DNA from: a virus
Strand: one strand, 5' to 3'
DNA length: 64,000 bases
Virus record (IMG/VR): IMGVR_UViG_3300045988_173726
Location: 96,001 to 160,000 of that record
The notes beneath the pieces were generated by a model that was given only the letters and a program-made list of their open reading frames with translations, did not search any database and had not been told where the DNA came from. Positions 16,752 to 25,866 of this stretch are shown in pieces. The first letter of the stretch is position 1. Every line of letters begins with the position of its first letter. The translations under genes and the position numbers were made by a program.

Positions 16752-17846
16752 ATGTGGCAGTTTTTAATACCCCTAGCAACAGCCGAGGGATTTGGCGGCA
16801 AGATAGACGGTGGAGAAGTCGGCAGGGCAGTAGAGAAGGTAACGCCAAAGGGCTACAACTACGAGTTCTTTGATACGAGCATAATGCGGCAGTATAGCAC
16901 CTATTTACAGGTGAAGGTCGCACTAATCGTGCTTATCGTATTGCTTGGCTTTGTGATTATCACCCGTTTACTGGGAATCGGAAGTATTTTCGGAAGTGCT
17001 TTTGCGGAGAAGGCGGTAAGAGCAGAGAAGAGTAGCGTAGAGTCGTTGCGGTCGCGAGATGCGTTTGTTTTGCGGGCGAATAAGGCAATGGACGCTATCA
17101 CGCGGGCGGTCTACGGCAGGGGAATACGAGTTTCCAAAGAGAAGCTATCGTATATGCAGTACAACCTAGAGCGAGCAGGGGTTCGGATAGCGGGTGGCTA
17201 CCGATATATGAAGCCAGACGAGTTTAACGCGCTTTGCACGCTCGGTATGGCGATAATGATGTTGGTAGGTGTGCTGATTGCGGCGTTTATCAACATCATC
17301 CTCGGGGGAATGATATTTGCGCTTGCGATAATCGTGTTTAGCGTAGCTCCGATGCTGATTGTGCGTTCGATAGTCGCGGCAAAGGACGAAGTGATAAAGA
17401 ATGAGTTTCCCGACTTGTATCTAATGGTGCATTACGAGTTGATGGCAGACAGTGGAACGCCGCTAGCAAGAACTTTCCAGTCGTATAAGAGAATTGCTCG
17501 GTCGGATGAGATGAAGCAGTTTGTGAGTGAGAGCATAAACTTGATGGACACATACGGCGAGTTTGACGCTACGGAGCATATCGCGTCACGGTATCGAGAG
17601 ATACAGGATGTGACGAGGCTCATGCGCTTAATCAGACAGCAGGGCGAGGGCGGTGACATAAAGCCAGAGCTTATGGGTTTCCGAAAACAGGTCATAGACG
17701 CGAAGCGGTATACGATAGGCAAGCGCGTAGACAGGCTAATCATGATGGCGAGGGGTTCACTGTTTTTGCTGAATATCCCGCTCATGCAGGCAATTTTAAG
17801 CGGTGTGCTTGCGGTCGTAGGCTTTGGTGGAACGAGTCCAATGTAA
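16752..17846 (+). CDS. TadC-like (T2SSF-type) inner-membrane platform protein
   Basis: FPDLYLMVHYELMADSGTPLARTF...SESINLMDTYGEFDAT...LIRQQGEGGDI, followed by a terminal TM. This is the T2SSF-domain pattern. Confidence 0.6.
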   Translation: MWQFLIPLATAEGFGGKIDGGEVGRAVEKVTPKGYNYEFFDTSIMRQYSTYLQVKVALIVLIVLLGFVIITRLLGIGSIFGSAFAEKAVRAEKSSVESLRSRDAFVLRANKAMDAITRAVYGRGIRVSKEKLSYMQYNLERAGVRIAGGYRYMKPDEFNALCTLGMAIMMLVGVLIAAFINIILGGMIFALAIIVFSVAPMLIVRSIVAAKDEVIKNEFPDLYLMVHYELMADSGTPLARTFQSYKRIARSDEMKQFVSESINLMDTYGEFDATEHIASRYREIQDVTRLMRLIRQQGEGGDIKPELMGFRKQVIDAKRYTIGKRVDRLIMMARGSLFLLNIPLMQAILSGVLAVVGFGGTSPM

Positions 17847-17931
17847 GTTTATCTGCGAGAAATTTTAGATACCGAGACCTATACCGAGTATGTTTTCGGT
17901 CGTGAAATTAAAGCGAAAGGAGGAATATCCT

Positions 17932-18222
17932 ATGGGAAAGGGAGCTGTAAAGACGATGACCACGATAGGTGCGGTTGTCGCATGTGTCATGCTTCTTGCT
18001 TTCGGACTGAATGTTATCCTTCCGAATACGGTTGCGGGCGTTATCAATGCGCTTGAGAACGGTCTTAGAAACGCTACGGGTGTTACGATTGACATCAACG
18101 GCGATAACAAGGCTGGTGAGCGCACGAATAAGGCGGTCGTGAACGGTGCGAACGATGCGGCGGCAAAGGGCGCAAAGGTCGGCGGCTTTAGCAAGATGCA
18201 GGAAGAGAACAACGGTAGATAA
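17932..18222 (+). CDS. Small hydrophobic pilin-like protein (Flp-type candidate, atypical)
   Basis: ATG 7 nt after AAGGAGG (track start 17890 lies upstream). Short charged N-terminus, then TIGAVVACVMLLAFGL. A strong terminator follows immediately. No G/xxxxEY motif is visible. Confidence 0.4.
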   Translation: MGKGAVKTMTTIGAVVACVMLLAFGLNVILPNTVAGVINALENGLRNATGVTIDINGDNKAGERTNKAVVNGANDAAAKGAKVGGFSKMQEENNGR

Positions 18223-18242
18223 GGTTTAGCCGTTGTGCTGGG

Positions 18243-18289
18243 GCAGGACGCCTAACACCTACATACGGGCGTTAGGTGTCCTGCTTTTT
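18243..18289 (+). terminator. Rho-independent terminator after the pilin-like gene
   Basis: GCAGGACGCCTAAC ... GTTAGGTGTCCTGC (one mismatch) followed by TTTTT. Confidence 0.75.
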
Positions 18290-18310
18290 GATTAGAGTTA
18301 GGAGACTTGT

Positions 18311-18925
18311 ATGACAGGGACAGTAAAGAGTATCTTCAAGACGCTGGTGAAAGTACCCGTTACCATCATTGTAGCGTATTTCATTATAAATCTCGTATTG
18401 TTTTCTTACTTTTACTTTAGGTTTGCGGGTGTATCGTATGTCATAATGCAGACAGCGATGGAGAATAACTACATTCCCGAGACAGAGGATAAGATAATCA
18501 AGCAGGCTATACGGGACATCGTTTATCACAAGGATGAGAACGGGGTAGAGTATCCGAGTTCGGTGATACGGGCGAGCGGTGTGGATAGTCAAGGCAATGA
18601 CGCTTCTGCGCACATTATCTACAATAACGGCAACAAGCGTATGCAGTATGGTTCAAAGATAACGGTAGGTGTGCATTATACTTATCAGTGGCTATTTCCG
18701 TTAATGCCGTCCGAGTGGGGACAGCGACCGATGCAGTCCGGTACGGAGATAAATGACGCTTCGTTTTATGGTAACAACGGTTCTTCGGATTTGCGGGACG
18801 GTGCGAGTAACATGTCGGACGGTGAGTTAGAGGCGATTCGTAACGATAATAAGCATAAGGTCGCAATTCCAATCGACATAACCTATACAGTTCCCGGGTT
18901 GCAGTATTATTCTGACTTAGAGTAA
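18311..18925 (+). CDS. TadE-like pseudopilin / pilus assembly protein
   Basis: N-terminal hydrophobic segment VPVTIIVAYFIINLVLFSYF. Position is downstream of the pilin-like gene. ATG after AGGAG. Confidence 0.45.
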   Translation: MTGTVKSIFKTLVKVPVTIIVAYFIINLVLFSYFYFRFAGVSYVIMQTAMENNYIPETEDKIIKQAIRDIVYHKDENGVEYPSSVIRASGVDSQGNDASAHIIYNNGNKRMQYGSKITVGVHYTYQWLFPLMPSEWGQRPMQSGTEINDASFYGNNGSSDLRDGASNMSDGELEAIRNDNKHKVAIPIDITYTVPGLQYYSDLE

Positions 18926-18942
18926 GTTACGAGGGGGCTTAA

Positions 18943-20013
18943 ATGGTAAAATCGGTATTCAAGTGGCTTGGTTTATCCATCATTATTCCGATATTTGCTA
19001 TGCTCTTAGTAGAGATGGCAAATATTGCAATGAATGCGCCAAAGTTTAAGGCACTAGCCCAGCTTACGCTACAGCAGTCGTGTCAGTATTTTGCGCAGGA
19101 GACGTATAAGACTGATACAAGCGGGTTTGTAGGGAACGCACATCAGTTAGTGGGAGCGGGTGGACAGCGGGACGGTGCTTTGGACGGAAACTTTTATCAC
19201 GCGACTTCTTCACAGCAGGCATATGATAAGCTGTATCGGAATAGTCCAGAGTTTAGTCGGTTTTATACGGCGGTAGCGCGGAATAAGTGGAAGAGGCTTG
19301 ACTTGTTAGCTTACGAGTTTGGGTTTAGCGGAGCGCCGCAACCCGTTCCCTCGGACGCTTCGATGGCTAAGTATTATTCGGAGGCGATGTTAACGCCGTT
19401 AAATATCGGTGTAGCGTATCTTGACAGGGAGACAGTAAAGGACATCTTTCGTTGGGAGTTTGTAGCGGCGCTAACGAACGACAGGCAAGAGATGATACAG
19501 GTAGTGGGGAATAATTCAGTAGATAACTACGCTTTGTTTAGCGGGATGCGGATTTATTACAATACTATCAAGGTTACAGGAATAGATTACAAGGTTTATG
19601 ACCTTAGAAATCAGTTTGACAAGAAGCGTTTCAAGGAATTAACGAATATGGACGCAGATACGCTAGCGGCTGGCATGTCTGGAAGCGATGAGCGTAATTA
19701 TGTAATCGTAGCTACGCTAAACTACTCAATGCGAGTCGGTTACGAGGGTTTAACGCCGATAAAGCGAATTTTTAAGTGGGCGATGAACGTGTATTACAAC
19801 AACGACCGCTCAGCAGAGGATACTTCGCAGTATGTGAATGTAGGAAGGCGAGGTAGTTCTTGGGATGATAGCTTTGAGGACAGGGATAAAGACACGACTC
19901 TAAGCAAGGCGGGTGCTAGGAACGAGGATGCGTCCGAGAATCGTGGGGACAACTTTAACAACATCGGGGACAAAACATATAGTAGCCAAGTTGTTTATTA
20001 CATCATACGATGA
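18943..20013 (+). CDS. TadE/TadG-like pseudopilin (larger)
   Basis: N-terminus LSIIIPIFAMLLVEMANIAM resembles the TadE N-terminal motif. ATG after GAGGGGG. Confidence 0.45.
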   Translation: MVKSVFKWLGLSIIIPIFAMLLVEMANIAMNAPKFKALAQLTLQQSCQYFAQETYKTDTSGFVGNAHQLVGAGGQRDGALDGNFYHATSSQQAYDKLYRNSPEFSRFYTAVARNKWKRLDLLAYEFGFSGAPQPVPSDASMAKYYSEAMLTPLNIGVAYLDRETVKDIFRWEFVAALTNDRQEMIQVVGNNSVDNYALFSGMRIYYNTIKVTGIDYKVYDLRNQFDKKRFKELTNMDADTLAAGMSGSDERNYVIVATLNYSMRVGYEGLTPIKRIFKWAMNVYYNNDRSAEDTSQYVNVGRRGSSWDDSFEDRDKDTTLSKAGARNEDASENRGDNFNNIGDKTYSSQVVYYIIR

Positions 20014-20025
20014 GAGGGGTTTTAT

Positions 20026-20673
20026 ATGGCGTTATTTGATTTTTTGAAGAGGAAGCCAAAAGAGCCAGAGATACCACCAGAGCCGATTAACTCTAGTTTA
20101 GTTTTGGTATTGCCGTCACACAAGGACGGGTTGATTTCGTATCTTGACGAGCATGGTATTCCGATAGAGATGGCGATATATAGCCTAGAGGATGTGCAGT
20201 ATAGTTTAATGGCACCTTCGGAGTATCACAGGAGAGTCGTGATAGTAGACGATGGGGAGTGGGATTTCAAAGACCAGTTCAATGTCGAGCAGTTAATGGG
20301 AGTTATGGAGCTGGTAAACAACGTGGACGTAGACGCTACAATCTTTTATACAGACAGAACGCTGTCAAAGGCGATAAGTCGGAAGTTAAAGGATATAAAG
20401 AGTAACGGTGGTGCAGATGTTACGGTAGATATGACGCAGTACGAGTCGATGGTAGCGGTGTATCGTCATATAGCGCAGTATAACGAGGTGTATCACGGGG
20501 ACGGAGTAGATGATACGGACACGCATAACAGCCTAGAGTATTGTTTGCCGAGGCGTTTAGAGAAGTTTGACGCAAAGCAGATACGGGATTACAAGGATAA
20601 GGCGGTAATATCCCGTTTATCGGAGGGGGAAGAGGCAGGGGAGAGCCTTCCGAGGTTTGAGGTAAAGGTTTAA
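20026..20673 (+). CDS. Hypothetical protein (possible flavodoxin/receiver-like fold)
   Basis: ATG after GAGAGGGG. Alternating hydrophobic-strand pattern LVLVLPSH...VVIVDDG. No diagnostic motif. Confidence 0.6.
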   Translation: MALFDFLKRKPKEPEIPPEPINSSLVLVLPSHKDGLISYLDEHGIPIEMAIYSLEDVQYSLMAPSEYHRRVVIVDDGEWDFKDQFNVEQLMGVMELVNNVDVDATIFYTDRTLSKAISRKLKDIKSNGGADVTVDMTQYESMVAVYRHIAQYNEVYHGDGVDDTDTHNSLEYCLPRRLEKFDAKQIRDYKDKAVISRLSEGEEAGESLPRFEVKV

Positions 20674-20699
20674 GGGTTTAGGTGGTACAGAAAGTGATA

Positions 20700-20730
20700 G
20701 GGCGAGGGAGAAAATCCCCTCGCCCGTTTT
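20700..20730 (+). terminator. Rho-independent terminator closing the Tad-type operon
   Basis: GGGCGAGGG, 8-nt loop, CCCTCGCCC, then GTTTTG. Confidence 0.75.
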
Positions 20731-20882
20731 GTGGAAGTAGGTACTTAGAGTTTCTAACAGTAGAAATCAAGTTTCCATATACCGTTTCTTAAATAACTCA
20801 ATTTCGTAGCAGTACACAAGGGTATATGACAGTGTAAGTTTTAATGAATTTTTCTGTTTACTTTTGAAAGGAGTAAGAAGGA

Positions 20883-22040
20883 ATGAGCATGAATGTGGTT
20901 TGCTTAGACGAGGGAGCATCGAGTTCGAGATACGCGGTGAACAGCGGGGCGGTAAAGGTCTATCCGAACAACGCGCGTTTAATCGAGGAGGATACGGTGG
21001 TAAGCCTTGTGCCGAATTCGGACGATGTGCTTGATAATCTTGACATCACGATTACGAAAACGAGCGGTGAGAGTCGTTATTTCCCGCAGAGGGTGCTGAT
21101 GGGCAGTTTAGCGGAGCGGTTTAGCCGTTCAAACACACGTCCTTCGATGAACGCAAATAAGTGCCGTCAGAAGCTAACTTATATCACGGTTTTGCTTGGC
21201 ACAGCGCTTGGGTGCTTAGATGCAGGCATCGGCGGTGAGGAAGTGTCAATCATCATGAATCTGCCGCCTGTCGAGATTACGGATGACAACGTGAACTATG
21301 TGAAGAGCGAGCTTCTGGGTGAGTTTAGCGTTAAGTTCCATAAGCTTGAGAAAGAGATTTCGTTTACGGTAACGGATGTGGTCGTTAAGCCAGAGGGCGT
21401 GTCGGCATCGGTAGCGTTCTTTTATAACAAAGACGCATCTCCGAGGGTAACGATGGCAGACTATTCGACTGGCTATGTGCTTGTGGTGGATATTGGCGCA
21501 TCGACTTCCGACTTAGCGCTCTTAAAGGACAAGAAGTTTATCGAGCGCACGGGTCAGACCTATAAGCTGGGTGGAAACACGCTTCGGGATAAGGTTAGGT
21601 CAAAGATTAAAGAGGTTTCGGGACTTGAGGTAACGGACGAGGCGGTAGAGACTTTGCTTTCGGAGGGCAGACTTCCGTATGGCAATAGCTATCGAGACAT
21701 GAGTAAGGAGCTGGTAGCCGCGAAGAGAGAGTTTGCGGACGAGCTGTATGACAGCATTGACAGCTACTTTACGACTGTGGGTGTCGGTATTTCGAGTATC
21801 AAGGCAGTGTTTGTCTGCGGTGGCGGCTCAATGGAGAGTAGCTACTTTGACGAGAAAGAGAATAAAGAGGTCAAGACCTCCGAACCCGTCAGCAAGTATC
21901 TGTTAGAGCGTTTACAGGAGGTTTGTGATAGCGTAGATGTGGTGAGTTATCCAGACGGCAATCCGCGTATGGCAAACATCATCGGCACTATCTTAATCGG
22001 CAACGCATATAGGGCTAAGAAGGCGGCAAAGAAAGCGTAA
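20883..22040 (+). CDS. ParM/Alp-like actin-fold segregation ATPase
   Basis: Phosphate-1 CLDEGASSSRY, phosphate-2 VVDIGASTSDLAL, adenosine motif VFVCGGGS. Preceded by a 150-nt non-coding leader. Confidence 0.75.
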   Translation: MSMNVVCLDEGASSSRYAVNSGAVKVYPNNARLIEEDTVVSLVPNSDDVLDNLDITITKTSGESRYFPQRVLMGSLAERFSRSNTRPSMNANKCRQKLTYITVLLGTALGCLDAGIGGEEVSIIMNLPPVEITDDNVNYVKSELLGEFSVKFHKLEKEISFTVTDVVVKPEGVSASVAFFYNKDASPRVTMADYSTGYVLVVDIGASTSDLALLKDKKFIERTGQTYKLGGNTLRDKVRSKIKEVSGLEVTDEAVETLLSEGRLPYGNSYRDMSKELVAAKREFADELYDSIDSYFTTVGVGISSIKAVFVCGGGSMESSYFDEKENKEVKTSEPVSKYLLERLQEVCDSVDVVSYPDGNPRMANIIGTILIGNAYRAKKAAKKA

Positions 22041-22057
22041 GAGCTAGGGAGGTTGGT

Positions 22058-24259
22058 ATGCTAAAGGCGATAGTAGCCGTAGGTAAGAGTTCTGTGATAC
22101 GGCTTCGTGACGCAGTAGCCTATCGAGCCATAAGTCCAAGCGAGGTAACGCGCTATCTTGAGAGTTTATCGGGGATTGACATCGTAATTTACGAAGAGCC
22201 GAGTCGGGAGACGCTTGAAAGTATCGGGGGAATAGAAGTTCCGATAGCGGTGCTGGATAGCGTAGGTAACTCGAGGGTCGAGGCGCTGTGCGTAGAGCGT
22301 GGATACGCTTATACACACAGCGTAGCCGACTTGCAGGACGCGATAGAAAGTTTAACGGGGAAGAGCGTAGCGACCCATGTTCGGGACGAGAAAGAAATCG
22401 TAGAGGATGATAACTTAGACGATGACATAGCGGGGCTGTTCACAGAGGGTGACGCAGAGGACACAGAGGTCACGGAGAAGCGTCACAGCATGAATGCGGG
22501 CACGATAAGCAGTGTGCTGAATGTGAATCAGTATACGGCGGGGGATACGCAGGACAGCGACCAAGTAGAGGTAGTTATCACTTCCAAGGCAGGGCTTACG
22601 GCTACCACGCGGGACGATGAGAGTTTACTGGATAGTGAATCGGAAGAGGCGCTTGAAGAAGAGGATACAGGTAACGAAGAGCGTGTAGCAGAGCTTTTAA
22701 GTGAGATAGATAGTCTAAAGAGCCAGTTGAGTGCATCCTATGAGACGATAGAGAGTCTAAGTAGTGAGAGGGAGTCGGTCGAGTCCGAGTATCGCGACAT
22801 AAAGGCTCGGGTCGAGAAATTGTTTCTTGACACAAAAGTAACCGAGGTTGTGATAGGCGGGGTTGACATTGAGGACTATGAGCAAAAGATAGCGGATTTA
22901 GAGAGTGAGCTAGATAATCTTAGGTTGCAGGCGGTCGAGGTCGAAGAGTTAAAGCGCGGCTTATCGGAGCTTACGGAGAAGGTAGCGTTAAAGGAGCGGG
23001 AAGAGGTTGCGCTTCGGCAGGAGATAGAGACGCTTCGTGATAACAGCGAGGCAGAGGGGCTTAAGGTAGCGGTAGCCGACAGTTTATCGGATAGAGAAAC
23101 GGTCGCTGGGCTACTTAGGGACGCGGTAGAGGCATTAACGCGGTATGAGAAAGAGGCAGAGAGCCTAAAGAGTAACGCGAGAGAGGCTTCGGAGTATGCA
23201 AAGGAGTTAAAGGGCAGTGCGGACGCATTAAGAACCGAGATAAGCACGCTACGGGGAATCGTATCAGAGAAAGAGCATAGGCTTATAGAGCAGGGAGAAG
23301 ATAGCGAGAGACGGATTTCTGCTTTAACGGCATCGCGGGACAGCCTAAATCGAGAGATAAATCGTCTAAAGGGAGAGCTGTCGGGGAGTAGTAGTTTACG
23401 AGAGCGTCTAGAGGCGACAGAGAGTGCGTTAAAGACACGGGATAGCGAGGTAGCTTCTTTACGGGGTCAGTTGTCGAGCGGAGTCAAAGAGTTAAACATA
23501 AAGTTCCGTTACGGCGGTAGGGCATCGCTTGTACCAGTGTTTGGCGGTAGTAGTTCTGGAATTACGGCTACGGCGGTAACAATAGCAAAGCAGTTAAAGG
23601 GACGGACGCTTTTAATCGACTTAGACATAGTATCTCCGAAGGTAGACAGTTACTTAGGCGTAAATCCGATAAAGAGCGGGTTAGACATTCAGAATCAGCT
23701 ACTTCGGACAGGTCTTGGAAGCTATTTAGAGCGAGGGCTTGATTATTTCATAGTAAATAAGCGAGAGATAATCACGAAAATCACGAAGAGGACGGACGGG
23801 ACAGCGCTGGACTACTTGAGCGGGCTGTATACGAGTGTAAGTGCGGATAAGTTTATCACGAACGACTTAGGTCGGTTACTGGATTATCTAGGCGGGGATT
23901 ACGACTATATAGTTTGTGATTTAGGGAAGATAGCGGGAAACGAAGTGCAGAATCAGATAATCGGGAGTGTATGCGCAGGAAGTGGAATATCGGTATGCGT
24001 ATCTCAAAACGATAAGTCTGACGCGCGGAGTTTAGCGTTACGGATTAGCGGTCTTAGCCTTAAGGGAAAGCTCATGTGGGTATTAAACTTTGCAAGAAGC
24101 CGCGAGATGGACGGAATCACGAGTAAGTGTGTAGGGAAATCGAAGTATGCGTATATGATGTTTGACGCAGAGGGATTTGGAGCGAGGCAGACGCTAGACA
24201 TGTTAAACGGGAATCGCGAAGCGGTAGCGGAGTTAGTGCGTGAGGTATCGCGGGAGTAA
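22058..24259 (+). CDS. Receiver-like N-domain, acidic/coiled-coil linker and ParA/TadZ-like C-domain (P-loop Lys absent)
   Basis: N-terminus AIVAVGKSS...IDIVIYEE. About 280 aa of heptad-like E/L/R/S-rich sequence. C-terminus VPVFGGSSSGITATAVTIAKQLKGRTLLIDLD and YDYIVCDLG. Confidence 0.6.
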   Translation: MLKAIVAVGKSSVIRLRDAVAYRAISPSEVTRYLESLSGIDIVIYEEPSRETLESIGGIEVPIAVLDSVGNSRVEALCVERGYAYTHSVADLQDAIESLTGKSVATHVRDEKEIVEDDNLDDDIAGLFTEGDAEDTEVTEKRHSMNAGTISSVLNVNQYTAGDTQDSDQVEVVITSKAGLTATTRDDESLLDSESEEALEEEDTGNEERVAELLSEIDSLKSQLSASYETIESLSSERESVESEYRDIKARVEKLFLDTKVTEVVIGGVDIEDYEQKIADLESELDNLRLQAVEVEELKRGLSELTEKVALKEREEVALRQEIETLRDNSEAEGLKVAVADSLSDRETVAGLLRDAVEALTRYEKEAESLKSNAREASEYAKELKGSADALRTEISTLRGIVSEKEHRLIEQGEDSERRISALTASRDSLNREINRLKGELSGSSSLRERLEATESALKTRDSEVASLRGQLSSGVKELNIKFRYGGRASLVPVFGGSSSGITATAVTIAKQLKGRTLLIDLDIVSPKVDSYLGVNPIKSGLDIQNQLLRTGLGSYLERGLDYFIVNKREIITKITKRTDGTALDYLSGLYTSVSADKFITNDLGRLLDYLGGDYDYIVCDLGKIAGNEVQNQIIGSVCAGSGISVCVSQNDKSDARSLALRISGLSLKGKLMWVLNFARSREMDGITSKCVGKSKYAYMMFDAEGFGARQTLDMLNGNREAVAELVREVSRE

Positions 24260-24296
24260 TTTTCTGTAAGTAAAATTATTGATAGACCATGTACTC

Positions 24297-24464
24297 ATGA
24301 TTAAATCGAAAGAGATGGTTAACCGTTTAGGTGTTAGTATAAAAACTTTACAACGATGTGACTGAGAAGGTATTTTAGTTGCCAAACGTACCCAATGACC
24401 AATGAATAGAAGGTATTATACAGAGGAGCAATATTTGTCTTCTCGTGTCGAATCTATGGTTTGA
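24297..24464 (+). pseudogene. tnpA: Remnant of IS607-type serine-recombinase tnpA (MerR-like HTH only, two in-frame stops)
   Basis: A single frame reads MIKSKEMVNRLGVSIKTLQRCD*EGILVAKRTQ*PMNRRYYTEEQYL... . This is the LGVS..TL.RWD..G.L...RT..N.R.Y pattern of IS607 TnpA N-termini. The catalytic domain is absent. Confidence 0.6.
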
Positions 24465-24488
24465 TAAAGTATAAGAAAGGGTTAAAGG

Positions 24489-25676
24489 ATGATTAGAGCT
24501 TACAAGACAGAAATCAATCCAACTAAGTCTCAAATTGAGTTAATTCATAAGACGTTTGGGTGTGCCCGCTATATTTACAATCAATATGTGAATGAGAACC
24601 TAGAAAATCTTGCATTAGGGAAAGACTTTGTTTCTGCCTTTAGCTATTCTAAACGAGTGAATAATGACCCTAACACTCCTTATTGGTTGAAAGAAGTTCC
24701 AAGCAAGGCAATCAAGCAAGCTTTGATTTGTGCAGACAGAGCTTTTAAAGATTACTTTTCTAAACGTAGAGGGAAACCTAAGTTTAAAAAGAAATGGAAT
24801 AATGATGAGAGTTTCTATCTCATCGGCACGATTAAAGTGGAACGCCATCGGATATTTGTCCCTAAATTGAAATGGCTTCGCTTGAAGGAATTTGGCTACA
24901 TTCCTAAGAATATCAGCTCTGTAACGATTTCCATGAAGAATGGGCGTTATTACATTTCCTGCTTATGTAAAGAGGAGAAAGACGAGCGGATTCCTTTGTC
25001 TGACTCCGCTATGGGCATTGATTTTGGGTTGAAAGACCAATTTATTACAGGAAATAGGACAATTCCTTCCATCAATCGCTCTTTACGGATTAGGAAATTA
25101 GAGAAATGTTTACGAAGAGAACAGAGGAAGTTGTCTCGCAAAATTGAAGCTAACATGGTTGATAAGGTCTATGTTCAATCAGGCTCTAAGAAGGGGCAAC
25201 TTAAATCATATAAGTGGGTAAAGCATTTATCTGAGTGTAAGAACGTTCAGAAACAGAAGTTAAAAGTGGCACGAATTCATGAGCGCTTAACTCGGATTCG
25301 GACAGATTACAACCGAAAATCTTTATATTCTCTAGTGTTAGAACGAAAACCAAGTTCTATCACCATTGAAGACTTATCAGTTCGCAATCTCATGAAGAAT
25401 CGGCACTTGAGTGTAGCTATCATGAAGGCACAGTGGTATCAATCTCGGCTTTATTTGGAAAATCTCTGTGACAGGTTAGGGATAGAGCTTAGAGTAGCCG
25501 ATAAGTTTTATCCTTCTAGCAAAATCTGTTCAACTTGTGGCTTAAAGTATCAAGACTTGAAGCTAAAGGAACGCTTTTGGACTTGTTCTAATTGTGGCTG
25601 TGAGCATGATAGGGATAGAAATGCGGCTATCAATTTAGAACAATGCAAAAACTATACTGTTTTGACAGCAGTTTAA
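24489..25676 (+). CDS. tnpB: TnpB (IS200/IS605-family RNA-guided nuclease), apparently intact
   Basis: RAYKTEINPT..Q N-terminus, GIDFGLKD, ITIEDLSVRNLMKN, CSTCG...CSNCG zinc finger, HDRDRNAAINL. Confidence 0.9.
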   Translation: MIRAYKTEINPTKSQIELIHKTFGCARYIYNQYVNENLENLALGKDFVSAFSYSKRVNNDPNTPYWLKEVPSKAIKQALICADRAFKDYFSKRRGKPKFKKKWNNDESFYLIGTIKVERHRIFVPKLKWLRLKEFGYIPKNISSVTISMKNGRYYISCLCKEEKDERIPLSDSAMGIDFGLKDQFITGNRTIPSINRSLRIRKLEKCLRREQRKLSRKIEANMVDKVYVQSGSKKGQLKSYKWVKHLSECKNVQKQKLKVARIHERLTRIRTDYNRKSLYSLVLERKPSSITIEDLSVRNLMKNRHLSVAIMKAQWYQSRLYLENLCDRLGIELRVADKFYPSSKICSTCGLKYQDLKLKERFWTCSNCGCEHDRDRNAAINLEQCKNYTVLTAV

Positions 25677-25866
25677 ATACCGTCACTACCGTGGGTTACA
25701 CGGAAAGTTAAGCTTGTGGACTGTTCTATCAAATGGGAGTAGTCTTTATATCTCGATACAAAAAAAACAAAACCAGACAGGATGAAGCAAGAAGAATTTC
25801 TAAAATATTTTATTAGAAAGGTCATGAAATATACGTTTGGGTATATTTTGTGTAACAGGCAGCAAG

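Larger units (their letters stand above)
24262..25830 (+). mobile_element. IS607-family (IS200/IS605 superfamily) insertion with decayed tnpA; ends approximate
   Basis: Markedly more AT-rich than its flanks. Contains the tnpA remnant plus an intact tnpB. Sits in the gap between 24259 and 25867. Confidence 0.55.

Noticed and set aside
20731-20882. parC-like centromere repeats upstream of the ParM-like gene
   Set aside because: No convincing direct or inverted repeats could be found by eye in this leader, so it is not annotated.
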